A stretch of DNA of 64,000 nt from Alistipes finegoldii (GTDB taxonomy: Bacteria; Bacillota; Clostridia; Christensenellales; UBA1242), in NCBI GenBank assembly GCA_963614045.1, contig CAVEBU010000002.1:676-64675 (forward strand). Reading direction: 5' to 3'. Position 1 is the first letter of the stretch; each line of letters starts with the position of its first letter. The position numbers and the translations under genes were made by a program. Below, piece by piece: positions 8,724 through 18,167 of this stretch. Under the pieces are notes generated by a model that searched no databases, was not told where the DNA came from, and saw only the letters and a program-made list of their open reading frames with translations.

Positions 8724-9608
8724 TTATTCGGCGAACGGACAGCGCTTGTTTGCAAAAAACGCAATCAAAACGGAACCCGAACCGACGTGTGCGCCAACGA
8801 TTGGCGAGAGAAGACGGCGTTTGATTGTGCAATCGGGTGCGATTTTTTTGATAATTTCCGTCATTTCGTCCGCAGTTGCGCTTTCGTTGGCGTCGATTAT
8901 GTATACGTTTTTGGAAATCGTCGGGTCAAAATTCTCCTTAAAATACTCGCCCATAACTTGCAGACTTTTTTTGATACCTTTCTGCTTATTTATCATATGC
9001 AAGCCCCCGCCGTAAATCGTGATAATCGGCTTGATATTGAGAATTGAGCCGAAAAAAGCGGTTGCGGAACCGATTCGCCCTGTGCGTTTCAGCGAATTTA
9101 AATCGTCAACGACGAGGTAGCCTTGAATTAAATTTTTCATTTCGTTCAAGTCGTCGGCGTTCTCCGTAATCGACTTGCCTGCGAGTTTGTTTTCCGCCAT
9201 ACGCTCCGCCAAAAGCCCCATTGGAGCGGTGGCGAGTAGGGAGTCAACGGCGACCAAATCGACGTCAGGGAATCCCGTCTTGAGATTTCTGATAGCTGTT
9301 TGAACGGACTGAAAAGTTGATGACAAACCGCTAGACAAACAAACATAAAGGGCAGATTTTCCGCTCGCAAGATATGGCCTAAAGAAATCTTCATAAAGCG
9401 CAGGGTTGATTAAAGACGTAGAAAATGAGCATTTTTGCTTAATTTTATCATAAAAATCCACCAAATTCATACCATTTTCGTCTGCAGTGTATGTTTGTGG
9501 CTCGTTATCGAGCGTTACTTCCATCGGCAAAAATTTAATATCGTGCTGTTTTGCGAATTCGCCGTCAATGTCGCCCGCAACGTCCATAAACAATAAATAA
9601 TCTCTCAT
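8724..9608 (-). CDS. DegV family fatty-acid-binding protein
   Basis: 294 aa with a DegV-type LSSGLSSTFQS serine motif and family-length similarity. Confidence 0.85.
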   Translation of the reverse strand: MRDYLLFMDVAGDIDGEFAKQHDIKFLPMEVTLDNEPQTYTADENGMNLVDFYDKIKQKCSFSTSLINPALYEDFFRPYLASGKSALYVCLSSGLSSTFQSVQTAIRNLKTGFPDVDLVAVDSLLATAPMGLLAERMAENKLAGKSITENADDLNEMKNLIQGYLVVDDLNSLKRTGRIGSATAFFGSILNIKPIITIYGGGLHMINKQKGIKKSLQVMGEYFKENFDPTISKNVYIIDANESATADEMTEIIKKIAPDCTIKRRLLSPIVGAHVGSGSVLIAFFANKRCPFAE

Positions 9609-9675
9609 AATTTGTCCTTTTGTGTTTACTTTTTAACAAAATTTTGATATAATAACAGCAATTACAAATGTAATA

Positions 9676-9702
9676 CCTATAATTTCATTATATATTATAA
9701 GG
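9676..9702. promoter_or_regulatory. imperfect inverted repeat, possible TetR operator in the divergent degV/tetR intergenic region
   Basis: CCTATAAT (9676-9683) ... ATTATAAGG (9694-9702). Confidence 0.25.
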
Positions 9703-9754
9703 ACGCAAAAATCAAATTATAGCAAACGCAAATGACAAAAAGGGGGATATTGTA

Positions 9755-10309
9755 ATGACTGTTGACAAGACAAGCGGATTAAAGGCGCATAACGAAAATT
9801 TGAATAGAGTCGTGTGCGAAAGTTTGCAACAAGCGTTGTTGATGTTAATGGATAGCAAAGATTTTACTAAAATTAGCATTACCGAACTTTGCAAAAAGGC
9901 GGGGGTGTCCCGTATGGCGTTTTATGGAAATTACGACAGCATTGACGACTTGCTCGAGGAAATTGTGCGGGAATATAGCGCTGATTTGATATACAGAATC
10001 GGTAGCCCGTTTCGGCACGATGTGACGCTAAAATGGTATGAGAAAATGTTTGCTCGTGTTGAGGCTAATGCGGATATTTTGGGGTTACTTTTTCGTGCTG
10101 GGTTCAAGTACAAATACCTTTCAATCGTCAATAATTCGGTGTTGCACAACCCAGATATTTCTACGCATAAGAAATATTTACGGCTAGTTTGGGCGGGTAG
10201 TATCGTCAACATAATCATACATTGGATAGATAACAATCTCGCTGAAAGTGTTAGCGAAATTGCTAAATTTTGTTATCAAAATCTCAACACGATCGCCGAA
10301 AAATCATAG
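9755..10309 (+). CDS. TetR/AcrR family transcriptional regulator
   Basis: N-terminal HTH ISITELCKKAGVSRMAFYGNYDSIDDLL; GGGGG RBS. Confidence 0.85.
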   Translation: MTVDKTSGLKAHNENLNRVVCESLQQALLMLMDSKDFTKISITELCKKAGVSRMAFYGNYDSIDDLLEEIVREYSADLIYRIGSPFRHDVTLKWYEKMFARVEANADILGLLFRAGFKYKYLSIVNNSVLHNPDISTHKKYLRLVWAGSIVNIIIHWIDNNLAESVSEIAKFCYQNLNTIAEKS

Positions 10310-10416
10310 ATTATTTTGGCAAAAAATAAAAAAACGCATTTAAATTTACCATATTTTTTAGGAATTTTGGTGCGTTTTTTCTTTCAATTTTTATATCAAA
10401 AAATGCTCAAAAAAAG

Positions 10417-10438
10417 TGCGTAGTACCTGCATAATACC
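10417..10438. repeat. two degenerate units of the 11-bp TGCATAGTACC motif
   Basis: TGCGTAGTACC TGCATAATACC, in a convergent intergenic region. Confidence 0.6.
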
Positions 10439-10538
10439 TTAAAATTTGCGATTTTTTTGCGTTTTTTCTATGTTTTTTGGTAATTTTGCAGGTTTTTGAG
10501 TTGCTAAAGTTCTATCAAAAAATTTCGTAATTTGGGGG

Positions 10539-12374
10539 TTATTTTTCGGATTCGGTTGGAAGCGAGTCGAGTTTTTTCTTGCGTTTATGCAGGATGATTA
10601 AAACGATGATTGTTATCACGACACTGACCCCCATTAAAGCGAGTCCGATTATTTGCGCAGTGGTTAAGTTGCCGTTGTCCAAATTCTCCGATTTGCAATA
10701 GCCCGCTTTGATTGTTTCGGTTTCGCCCTCCGAAACAGAATATTCGATTTTGGACACTCCGTTTAGCGTGCTAATGATTTTTACCGAACTTCCTTTTGCC
10801 AAAACATCTACTTCGTTGAAGCAACTTTTTTCGCTATAGATAGTGGTTTCGGTATTGGTTTTTGCGTTCGGCACGTATTTCGAGTCGGCTACAACCAAAA
10901 TGCTTGAAACGAGCGTACGGCTGTCGATATAACCGATGTATTCGGTGCTATTTTTGGTGTATTTTACTGCAACAAAAGTTGCCCCGTTGCTATCGGCTGG
11001 CAGTATCGGACTTGCGATTATCCCGATTGTGTCGCCGTAATTCAACTGCCCCAAGCTTGCAACATACGTGTTAGTTGCGACCGCTTGGCTGATTGGCATA
11101 ACGAAAATTTTGGTCACGCCCGTAACAACTTTTCCCGCCTTGTTGTCGACGAATTCGCTAGCAATTTCGTTAGCGACCGTTTCGCAGTCGGTTTTTAGGA
11201 TATAACCCAAACTAAAGCCCTCCGAAGTTGCGCTATTATTGTCAAAAACGTAGTAAAATTGCGAATAACTATCATCCAAAAGTATTAATCGCTTGCCGAT
11301 TTCGTACTCAACGGCAGGGGATAGCAGGCTCGGAAATTGATACAGACGGGCGGTTTTAGTCGTTGAAACGGCGGAAATAACCGTCGTGCTTGCGGGAATA
11401 TTAGCAAGTCTGACTTTTGGGGCGATTTGTGAGTAATTTGTAACAAAATTCTCGTTATTTGCGTAAATCTCCGTCACAAACACCTCATTTTCGCTTGTTA
11501 TGTAGTAAATTTTTCCGTTCACGAAGTCGATATCGAAACTAATTGCATTATTAGGGAGCGATGCCGTCGTGGTGTTTGCGGGGTCATCGTTGTATTTAAA
11601 AATCGTGTTTTGATTGCCGTAGTAAATGTTGCCCAAATTGTCCGTATTTAGATATGTGATATTGCTTGAAGATGTCCCCGCTTCCGAAATTTCGTGAGTT
11701 TCTGTGTCAATTTTGTAGATTTTTGTGCCGATTGAGAAGTAAATCACCGAATTATCTTCCGTCACGCAAAATCCACCGCCCGCCTCGAAACTGAGTTTGG
11801 CTTCGTTGTATGTGAGTGTTTCAAAAAGTTCAAGTTGATTTTTGCTATCATTATAATATAGGATATTGTTGCCGAAAATCATATAAGTTATGCCGTCCGC
11901 ACTGCTTGTCAAAGTTTGTTGAGATAGAACGGCTTGGTCGTTCTCAGAATTTTCGATTTTGTACGAACTTAGACTCTGTTTGCTCGGCGCCGAAGTCGAA
12001 GCGTCAACCAAATCGACAAAAAGCGTCGTTGTGGAAACAAAATATTTTTCGCCAAGACTTACAATGTCGTACGGCTGAGTTTTCGTTTTGTCGTCAGTGC
12101 TGTCGGTGTTGTGAATAATCGTGTCGGCGGTGTCGGTATGCTTGATAACTTTTCTGCCGTCCGAATCGATTAGATAAACTGCGTTGTCAAAATAGCGCAC
12201 ACGAGTGAATTTCCCAACAGTGTAATTCTCAATAGCAATCTTAATTTGCGTGGTGTTCTTGAGTTCGTAGGCGGGGAGTTCTGCAAGCAAAATCGGTGCA
12301 ATCAAGCAACTTAGCAAAATCATAATTCCGCCACACAAACTGATTATAAAACCTAAATAAACTCTTTTCTTCAT
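10539..12374 (-). CDS. large surface protein, N-terminal signal/anchor and C-terminal TM anchor, function unknown
   Basis: 611 aa with a hydrophobic N-terminus and a C-terminal TM helix followed by HKRKKK. Repeated ..IYY/..IYK.. strands suggest a beta-propeller, and two C-terminal segments look SH3b-like (weak, by eye). Confidence 0.55.
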   Translation of the reverse strand: MKKRVYLGFIISLCGGIMILLSCLIAPILLAELPAYELKNTTQIKIAIENYTVGKFTRVRYFDNAVYLIDSDGRKVIKHTDTADTIIHNTDSTDDKTKTQPYDIVSLGEKYFVSTTTLFVDLVDASTSAPSKQSLSSYKIENSENDQAVLSQQTLTSSADGITYMIFGNNILYYNDSKNQLELFETLTYNEAKLSFEAGGGFCVTEDNSVIYFSIGTKIYKIDTETHEISEAGTSSSNITYLNTDNLGNIYYGNQNTIFKYNDDPANTTTASLPNNAISFDIDFVNGKIYYITSENEVFVTEIYANNENFVTNYSQIAPKVRLANIPASTTVISAVSTTKTARLYQFPSLLSPAVEYEIGKRLILLDDSYSQFYYVFDNNSATSEGFSLGYILKTDCETVANEIASEFVDNKAGKVVTGVTKIFVMPISQAVATNTYVASLGQLNYGDTIGIIASPILPADSNGATFVAVKYTKNSTEYIGYIDSRTLVSSILVVADSKYVPNAKTNTETTIYSEKSCFNEVDVLAKGSSVKIISTLNGVSKIEYSVSEGETETIKAGYCKSENLDNGNLTTAQIIGLALMGVSVVITIIVLIILHKRKKKLDSLPTESEK

Positions 12375-12595
12375 ACGTAACTCCTACCACTATAATTATA
12401 TCATATTGTAAGGCAATTTAAAAATATTTTTGCGAATTTCTTTAAAATTCTTTATTTCGACAGTTAATGTCGTAAATTTATAATTATACTATGCTCATAT
12501 GTTCGAAAATACGACAAAAAAGTCACAAAAAGGTGTTTTTGTAACATAAAATTCAAAAATATTACAAAAATTTGCAAAAAAGTTGTCTCAAAGTG

Positions 12596-12624
12596 TTGAC
12601 AATGCGAAAAAGTTGTAATATATT
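12596..12624 (+). promoter_or_regulatory. sigma-A type promoter of the 12680 regulator
   Basis: TTGACA (12596-12601), 17 nt, TATATT (12619-12624). Confidence 0.55.
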
Positions 12625-12679
12625 TGATTTCGGAAAAGGGCAAAGAACTTTTTCGGGCAAATAAAAATAGGGGGCGCAA

Positions 12680-13222
12680 ATGAAAAAATTAGTATGGGCT
12701 AAGACGCTATTAGAATCTTACAGGTATCTATCTAGGGTGATTAAAAGCTTGGATAGATTGGTGGTGGAGCGGAGTGCAAAAAGTCACTCGGCGGGCTGGT
12801 ACGGAATGACTACGATGGAACAGATGGAGCAAATTATTGACTTGATTTTGCGTAAAAAACGACTGCAGACTGTCAAGATGCTGATTGAAGAATCGCTCAA
12901 AAATATGGAGCGAAATTCGGCGAGAGTGCTAGTAAAATTTTTTATGGAAAACGTCGATTTGGAGGATTTGGCGGAGGAGTATGGTGTCACAAAACGAACG
13001 ATGAATCGCAGGCTAAATTCTATGGCGCTTGACGTAATTGACAAGATTCGTGACTTGGGTTACGGGCTAGATAAGATAGAAATTTTGCTAGAAAACGAGG
13101 GCTGGATAATTGGAATTTTCAATAAATATGCAAGTCGATTTTCGGGCGAAAATGAGGTTAAACCACTGCTGTTGCCTTCGCTTCCGAGGATGGAAAGATT
13201 GTTTTGGCAATATTGCAAATGA
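12680..13222 (+). CDS. sigma-70 region-4-like HTH protein, putative phage late-gene regulator
   Basis: C-terminal ...LEDLAEEYGVTKRTMNRRLNSMALDVIDKI is a region-4-type HTH. It sits upstream of the terminase, as RinA/ArpU-type activators do. Confidence 0.45.
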   Translation: MKKLVWAKTLLESYRYLSRVIKSLDRLVVERSAKSHSAGWYGMTTMEQMEQIIDLILRKKRLQTVKMLIEESLKNMERNSARVLVKFFMENVDLEDLAEEYGVTKRTMNRRLNSMALDVIDKIRDLGYGLDKIEILLENEGWIIGIFNKYASRFSGENEVKPLLLPSLPRMERLFWQYCK

Positions 13223-13238
13223 GTGCTTGAAACGGGGG

Positions 13239-13282
13239 TGCATAGTACCTGCATAGTATGTGCATAGTACCTGCATAGTACC
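13239..13282. repeat. four tandem 11-bp units TGCATAGTACC
   Basis: TGCATAGTACC TGCATAGTATG TGCATAGTACC TGCATAGTACC, read directly from the sequence. Confidence 0.9.
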
Positions 13283-13312
13283 GTAAAATCGGCGTTTTTT
13301 GGGGGCAAAATC

Positions 13313-14128
13313 TTAAAAATCGAAGTCATTTACATCGGTTTTGTCGGGTAGTGAAATTTGGTTAAGCGACTTGATTTGACGTTTCGCTTGGGTGGAGCGA
13401 TTGCGTTTTGGCTTGATAATTAGTAACAAAATTATGACCGCTGGAATAGTAAGCAGAAGTATGAGAAGCAAGTTGTTTGTGCTACTAAGTTCGGGGGCGA
13501 GAATGTTGGCGCTCGTTTGAATTGTCGGCTCGAGTTGGACGACTTCGGTGTTCATTTCAAATGGTGTAAGAGCGGTCGTTAGCGAAGCGTGAACGTAACC
13601 GATTTTTGTGCCTCCGCCGCTTTCGACGAACTTGCACAAGTACCAAATTCCGTCGTCGCTAACGTTGATTTTTTGACCCGTTGTTGAACCGATATAGACA
13701 ATGTCGGTTGTGCCGTACGGGATACTTGTTAGGTATTCCGATTCGGTGGTCGGCTCAGCCCAAACGGTTGCGTTGGCGGTCTTGAGTAAGGCAAAAGTTT
13801 GCAAGCTAAAAGGTGTGGTTGGGGTAGAGTAAACGGGGGTGAGCGAATCGCTTTTGACCGCTCCCGAAATTCCCAAATACGTCACTGAAATGAACCCGTC
13901 AGCGAGTGTTTTTACGGGCTTGACGAAGTAGGTTGCTGGCAAGTTGCAAATCGCTGTTTCGGTTACAGTTTCGTCCTCGGAAATTTGGTACAAAATCGTA
14001 TTTTCGGCAGTAATTCTGTAAAAAACAGGGTCGGTTGAGCTTGCAAACGCAGGGGTCGGGCTTGCGATAAAAATTGCCAACAAAATGAATAAATATGCAG
14101 TATAAATGTATAAATATTTACGCATCAA
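13313..14128 (-). CDS. secreted/C-terminally anchored protein with two SH3b-like segments, function unknown
   Basis: Signal peptide ...ASPTPAFASS, a C-terminal TM helix followed by KPKRNRS, and an opposite-strand insertion between the regulator and terL. Confidence 0.5.
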   Translation of the reverse strand: MMRKYLYIYTAYLFILLAIFIASPTPAFASSTDPVFYRITAENTILYQISEDETVTETAICNLPATYFVKPVKTLADGFISVTYLGISGAVKSDSLTPVYSTPTTPFSLQTFALLKTANATVWAEPTTESEYLTSIPYGTTDIVYIGSTTGQKINVSDDGIWYLCKFVESGGGTKIGYVHASLTTALTPFEMNTEVVQLEPTIQTSANILAPELSSTNNLLLILLLTIPAVIILLLIIKPKRNRSTQAKRQIKSLNQISLPDKTDVNDFDF

Positions 14129-14248
14129 AAAATCTCCTTATAAAATTATAGCAAAACAGTAATTGATTTCAATATGCAATTATTGTTTTTTTTACGAGTT
14201 TTATACAAAAGTTAAACGAATTTTAAGAAAAAAACGAAAAGGTGAAGT

Positions 14249-15706
14249 ATGGATTTGCGAAAAGCGATTTGTGAGTTGGAGCAAGTTGATTTGGAAATCA
14301 AACGGCGAAAGCGGTGCAATAAACTTGCTGAATATAATACGGGCAAAAAAGTCCACTTAAAGCAGTTGGCTTTTCACAAATGCACAAAACGAAATCGCTG
14401 GGTTTTTGGAGGAAATCGAAGTGGCAAGTCGCAGTGCGGTGCGGTGGAAGTTGTTTGGCTTGCGAGAGGGAATCATCCGTATAAGCAAAACAAGTCGAGT
14501 ACGGACGGCTGGGTGGTTAGTTTGAGCCAACAAGTTCAGCGAGATGTGGCGCAACAGAAAATTTTGTACTATCTCAACCCCGACTGGATTGTGGACATTG
14601 TGATGTTGAGCGGGCGCAAAGATTCCGCAAGCAACGGGGTAATTGACTACATTTTGGTGCGTAATGTTTCGGGCGAAATTAGTAAAATCGGGTTCAAAAC
14701 TTGCGACCAAGGGCGTGAAAAATTTCAGGGAACGAGTCTTGATTATGTGTGGTTTGATGAAGAACCGCCGTTTGATATCTATTTGGAGTGTCGAATGCGT
14801 GTTTTGGACAAAGTTGGCGAAATTTTCGGCACGATGACACCGTTGAAGGGTTTGACTTGGGTTTATAACCACATTTATTTGAACGAAAGTGGCGACCCTG
14901 AAATTTGGTACGAAGAAATTGAGTGGGCGGACAATCCGTTTTTGGACGAAAAAGAAATTGCTTCGATGTCGCAAATTCTGTCGCCTGATGATTTGGAAAG
15001 TCGTCGTTACGGAAAATTTGCGAGCTACGGCGGTATGGTTTACAGCGAATTTCAAGAAAATTTGCATGTAATTGAGCCTTTTAACGTCCCGCCCGAGTGG
15101 TTTGACAAAATTAGCATTGATCCAGGTCTGCATAATCCGTTAAGTTGTCACTGGTATGCTGTTGACTATGACGGGAATATTTACGTAATTGCGGAACATT
15201 ACGAAGCTGGCAAAACTTTGGAGTATCACGCCTCAAAAATCATAGAAAAATGCGAAAAATTGGGGTGGAAGAAGGGTTTTAACGGCAAATATGAGTGCTT
15301 AATCGACTCGGCGGCGAATCAAAAGACACTTTCAGGGACGAAAAGCGTGGCGGAATTGTTCCTTGATTACGGAATTAACGTCAATACTTCGGTTAACAAG
15401 GACTTGCTGTCTGGAATTTCTCGGGTTAAAAGCTATTTGTTGAACGTAAATCACGAAACGAAGCTGTATATTTTCAAAAATTGCGTGAATATGATACGAG
15501 AAATCAAGGGGTATTGGTGGGGAAATGAAGATGCGCCAGTGAAAAAAGACGATCACGCAATGGACGATTTGCGTTATTACATAATGTCCCGCCCTGAAAA
15601 TGCGGTGCAAAAATCTCCACCGCTAAATGCGGTTCAGTTGCATAAACAAAAATTGATGAACAGGGTGCGACAACAAAATTTACACAGGAGGTGGTACGGT
15701 GATTGA
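14249..15706 (+). CDS. phage terminase large subunit
   Basis: Walker A GGNRSGKS and Walker B-like LDYVWFDEEP, plus a C-terminal nuclease-type segment ...DDHAMDDLRY; 485 aa. Confidence 0.9.
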   Translation: MDLRKAICELEQVDLEIKRRKRCNKLAEYNTGKKVHLKQLAFHKCTKRNRWVFGGNRSGKSQCGAVEVVWLARGNHPYKQNKSSTDGWVVSLSQQVQRDVAQQKILYYLNPDWIVDIVMLSGRKDSASNGVIDYILVRNVSGEISKIGFKTCDQGREKFQGTSLDYVWFDEEPPFDIYLECRMRVLDKVGEIFGTMTPLKGLTWVYNHIYLNESGDPEIWYEEIEWADNPFLDEKEIASMSQILSPDDLESRRYGKFASYGGMVYSEFQENLHVIEPFNVPPEWFDKISIDPGLHNPLSCHWYAVDYDGNIYVIAEHYEAGKTLEYHASKIIEKCEKLGWKKGFNGKYECLIDSAANQKTLSGTKSVAELFLDYGINVNTSVNKDLLSGISRVKSYLLNVNHETKLYIFKNCVNMIREIKGYWWGNEDAPVKKDDHAMDDLRYYIMSRPENAVQKSPPLNAVQLHKQKLMNRVRQQNLHRRWYGD

Positions 15707-15992
15707 CGAAAAAGATGCTGAAAAACTGACTAAATCGCTATTAAAAAAGGCGATTGGCTATACGGTTGACGAAGTCGTTGAGGAGTATGTAAACAGCGAA
15801 AATGCGGAAAATTTGCACTTAATTAAGCGAAAAATCACAAAAAAACACATTCCGCCCGACATTTCTGCGGTAAAAACGCTCTTGGAAACGACGGAAGACA
15901 ATTTTGAAAAATATCGAAAAATGAGTGATGAAGAATTGCTGAAAAAACGAGACGAGTTGCTAAAACAAATCTCAAAAGGAGGGAGCGGATGA
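15699..15992 (+). CDS. small phage protein, possibly small-terminase-related
   Basis: GTG start overlaps the terL stop, with an AGGAGG RBS. KKHIPPDISAVKTLLE resembles a conserved segment of some TerS proteins (weak). Confidence 0.3.
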   Translation: MIDEKDAEKLTKSLLKKAIGYTVDEVVEEYVNSENAENLHLIKRKITKKHIPPDISAVKTLLETTEDNFEKYRKMSDEELLKKRDELLKQISKGGSG

Positions 15993-16183
15993 AGGTATTT
16001 TTAACAAATAAGCGAGTTAAATGTACTGGGAAGGTCGACTGCAAAAATGAAATTTACTGCAATATCAAATTCAGCAAAGCGAGTATAAATTTGTGCAGGT
16101 CGTGTGCGGTGGAGTTGTACGAAAAGTTAGCCCAGTCGCTTGTGCCGAAATCGGTAAAAAGTAAATTTTATATGCAAAAATAA
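15989..16183 (+). CDS. small Cys-rich (putative zinc-ribbon) phage protein
   Basis: 64 aa; C-x5-C ... C-x2-C pattern; ATGA overlap with the upstream gene. Confidence 0.4.
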   Translation: MKVFLTNKRVKCTGKVDCKNEIYCNIKFSKASINLCRSCAVELYEKLAQSLVPKSVKSKFYMQK

Positions 16184-16201
16184 CGAAAAAGTGAGGTTTT
16201 T

Positions 16202-18124
16202 ATGCAAAAAAATCAAAAAATTGAGCAAAAAAGTAAATCTTCCAAGCAAAAAGAGTTGGTTGCTGAAATTAAGAAAGATTTCGAAAGGCGTCAAGAAGAA
16301 CGCAAGCCGTTCGATGCGCAGTGGCAACTTAATATGAATTTTGTGATGGGAAATCAGTACTGCGGAATCGGGCTAAATGACACTTTGGACGATTTCGACA
16401 AGCAGTACTTTTGGCAAGAGCGTGAAGTTTATAATCATTTGGCGCCGTTGGTTGAGACGAGGCTATCGAAATTGGCAAAAGTTCGTCCGACGATGACGGT
16501 TTTGCCCGCAAGTGCGGACGCTGACGATATAAATAACGCTCATATTTGCAAAAATATACTAAAAGCGGTCGCTGACAAGCTGGAATTGAGCGAACTTGTG
16601 GCGCAAGCGACTCGCTGGAGTGAGATTTGCGGTACGTCTTTCTACAAAATTATTTGGAACGATTCCGCAGGCTCTGTCGTTGGGCTAACGACTTTAGGGC
16701 AGAAAATTTACGAGGGCGATGTGGACATTATGGTTTGTTCGCCGTTCGAAATTTACCCCGATAGTAACACCGCAGAATCTCTCAGTGACTGCCAAAGTGT
16801 CATTCACGCACGTGCTTATGACGTTCGAACTATCAAAAAACACTGGGGTGTGGACATAAAAGGCGAGGATATTGACACCTATAATTTGCAAAATTCGCAA
16901 GTTGCGGGCGGTTTGGGGTACACCTCTCGGTCGGCAAAAGTGTCAAAAACGGTCAAACACAATCACGCAATGGTGATTGAGCGGTACGAAATGCCGAATA
17001 ATGAGTTCCCAAATGGGCGCTTGGTGATAATTGCGGGCGATGAATTGGTTTATGACGGAGATTTGCCATATTTGAATTTGCAAAACGGCGAAAGAGGTTT
17101 CCCGTTTGTTCGCCAAATCAGTACTGGTCAGCCGTCGTTGTTTTGGGGAACGAGTATAGTTGAGCGCTGTATTCCTATTCAAAGAGCATATAATGCGGTA
17201 AAAAATCGCAAACACGAGTTTATGAACAGGCTTTCTATGGGTGTTATGAGTGTGGAGGACGGCTCTGTCGATGTGGATAATTTGGAGGAAGAGGGCTTGA
17301 GTCCTGGCAAAGTCCTGATTTATAGACAAGGTTCTCGAGCTCCTCAAATGCTCACGAGTTCGAGTTTGCCGGTCGATTTTCGTGAAGAAGAAGAGAATTT
17401 GATATCAGAATTCCTTAATATTAGTGGTGTAAACGACCTTTTTGGCACAAATGCCGCCGCTTTGACTCAAATGAGTGGTGTCGCCCTGCAACTTTTGATT
17501 GAACAAGAGGATATGCGTGTGTCGGCGAGTGGCGAGTATATCAAATTTGCTCTAAAGGAAATCGGTCGCCAGATTTTGAGAATTTATAAGCAGTTCATTA
17601 CGACGCAAAGAATCAACAAAATTATCGGTGAAAACGGCTCAAGTGAGCTTTTTTACTGGGACGGAAGCGAAATTACTAGCGATGACGTTACTTTTGAAAC
17701 GGAAAGCGAACTTGGTGAAACTGTGGCGCAAAAGCGCAGTATGGTGTTTGATTTGTACAACGCAGGGCTTCTGCACGACGAAAATGGGAAAATGTCTAAC
17801 GCTATGCGCATAAAAGTTATGGAAATGTTGGGGCTTGGAATTTGGGAAAACGCTATGGACAACAATTCTCTGCAAGTCGAAAAAGCAAAACGAGAAAATA
17901 TTGAATTTGCTGAGGGCAAAGAGCCTGAAGTTCTTGAAATTCACGACCACGATTTGCATATAAATTCGCATATTGCATTTATGCTTGGTGCCGATTTTGA
18001 GAAATTAACAGCAAAGAAAAAGGATATTCGTGAAAAACTTTTGCAACACATTAGAAAGCACAAACAATTTAAAAGACTTACCATTAAAGCGGATAGCCAA
18101 ATGCTCCAAGAGGTAAGCAAATAA
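16202..18124 (+). CDS. phage portal protein
   Basis: 640 aa. The N-terminal FDAQWQLNMNFVMGNQY motif is typical of portal proteins, and the gene sits between terminase and scaffold. Confidence 0.85.
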   Translation: MQKNQKIEQKSKSSKQKELVAEIKKDFERRQEERKPFDAQWQLNMNFVMGNQYCGIGLNDTLDDFDKQYFWQEREVYNHLAPLVETRLSKLAKVRPTMTVLPASADADDINNAHICKNILKAVADKLELSELVAQATRWSEICGTSFYKIIWNDSAGSVVGLTTLGQKIYEGDVDIMVCSPFEIYPDSNTAESLSDCQSVIHARAYDVRTIKKHWGVDIKGEDIDTYNLQNSQVAGGLGYTSRSAKVSKTVKHNHAMVIERYEMPNNEFPNGRLVIIAGDELVYDGDLPYLNLQNGERGFPFVRQISTGQPSLFWGTSIVERCIPIQRAYNAVKNRKHEFMNRLSMGVMSVEDGSVDVDNLEEEGLSPGKVLIYRQGSRAPQMLTSSSLPVDFREEEENLISEFLNISGVNDLFGTNAAALTQMSGVALQLLIEQEDMRVSASGEYIKFALKEIGRQILRIYKQFITTQRINKIIGENGSSELFYWDGSEITSDDVTFETESELGETVAQKRSMVFDLYNAGLLHDENGKMSNAMRIKVMEMLGLGIWENAMDNNSLQVEKAKRENIEFAEGKEPEVLEIHDHDLHINSHIAFMLGADFEKLTAKKKDIREKLLQHIRKHKQFKRLTIKADSQMLQEVSK

Positions 18125-18167
18125 TCAAATTTGCTCGTCAGCAAACAAAAATCTTTAAGGAGTTTTT

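Noticed and set aside
8716-9047. Two ~100-aa plus-strand ORFs
   Set aside because: They are antisense to the well-supported degV gene.
14163-14360. 65-aa ORF upstream of and overlapping terL as a candidate small terminase
   Set aside because: It has no RBS, overlaps the terL start in another frame, and its hydrophobic/basic sequence has no TerS features.
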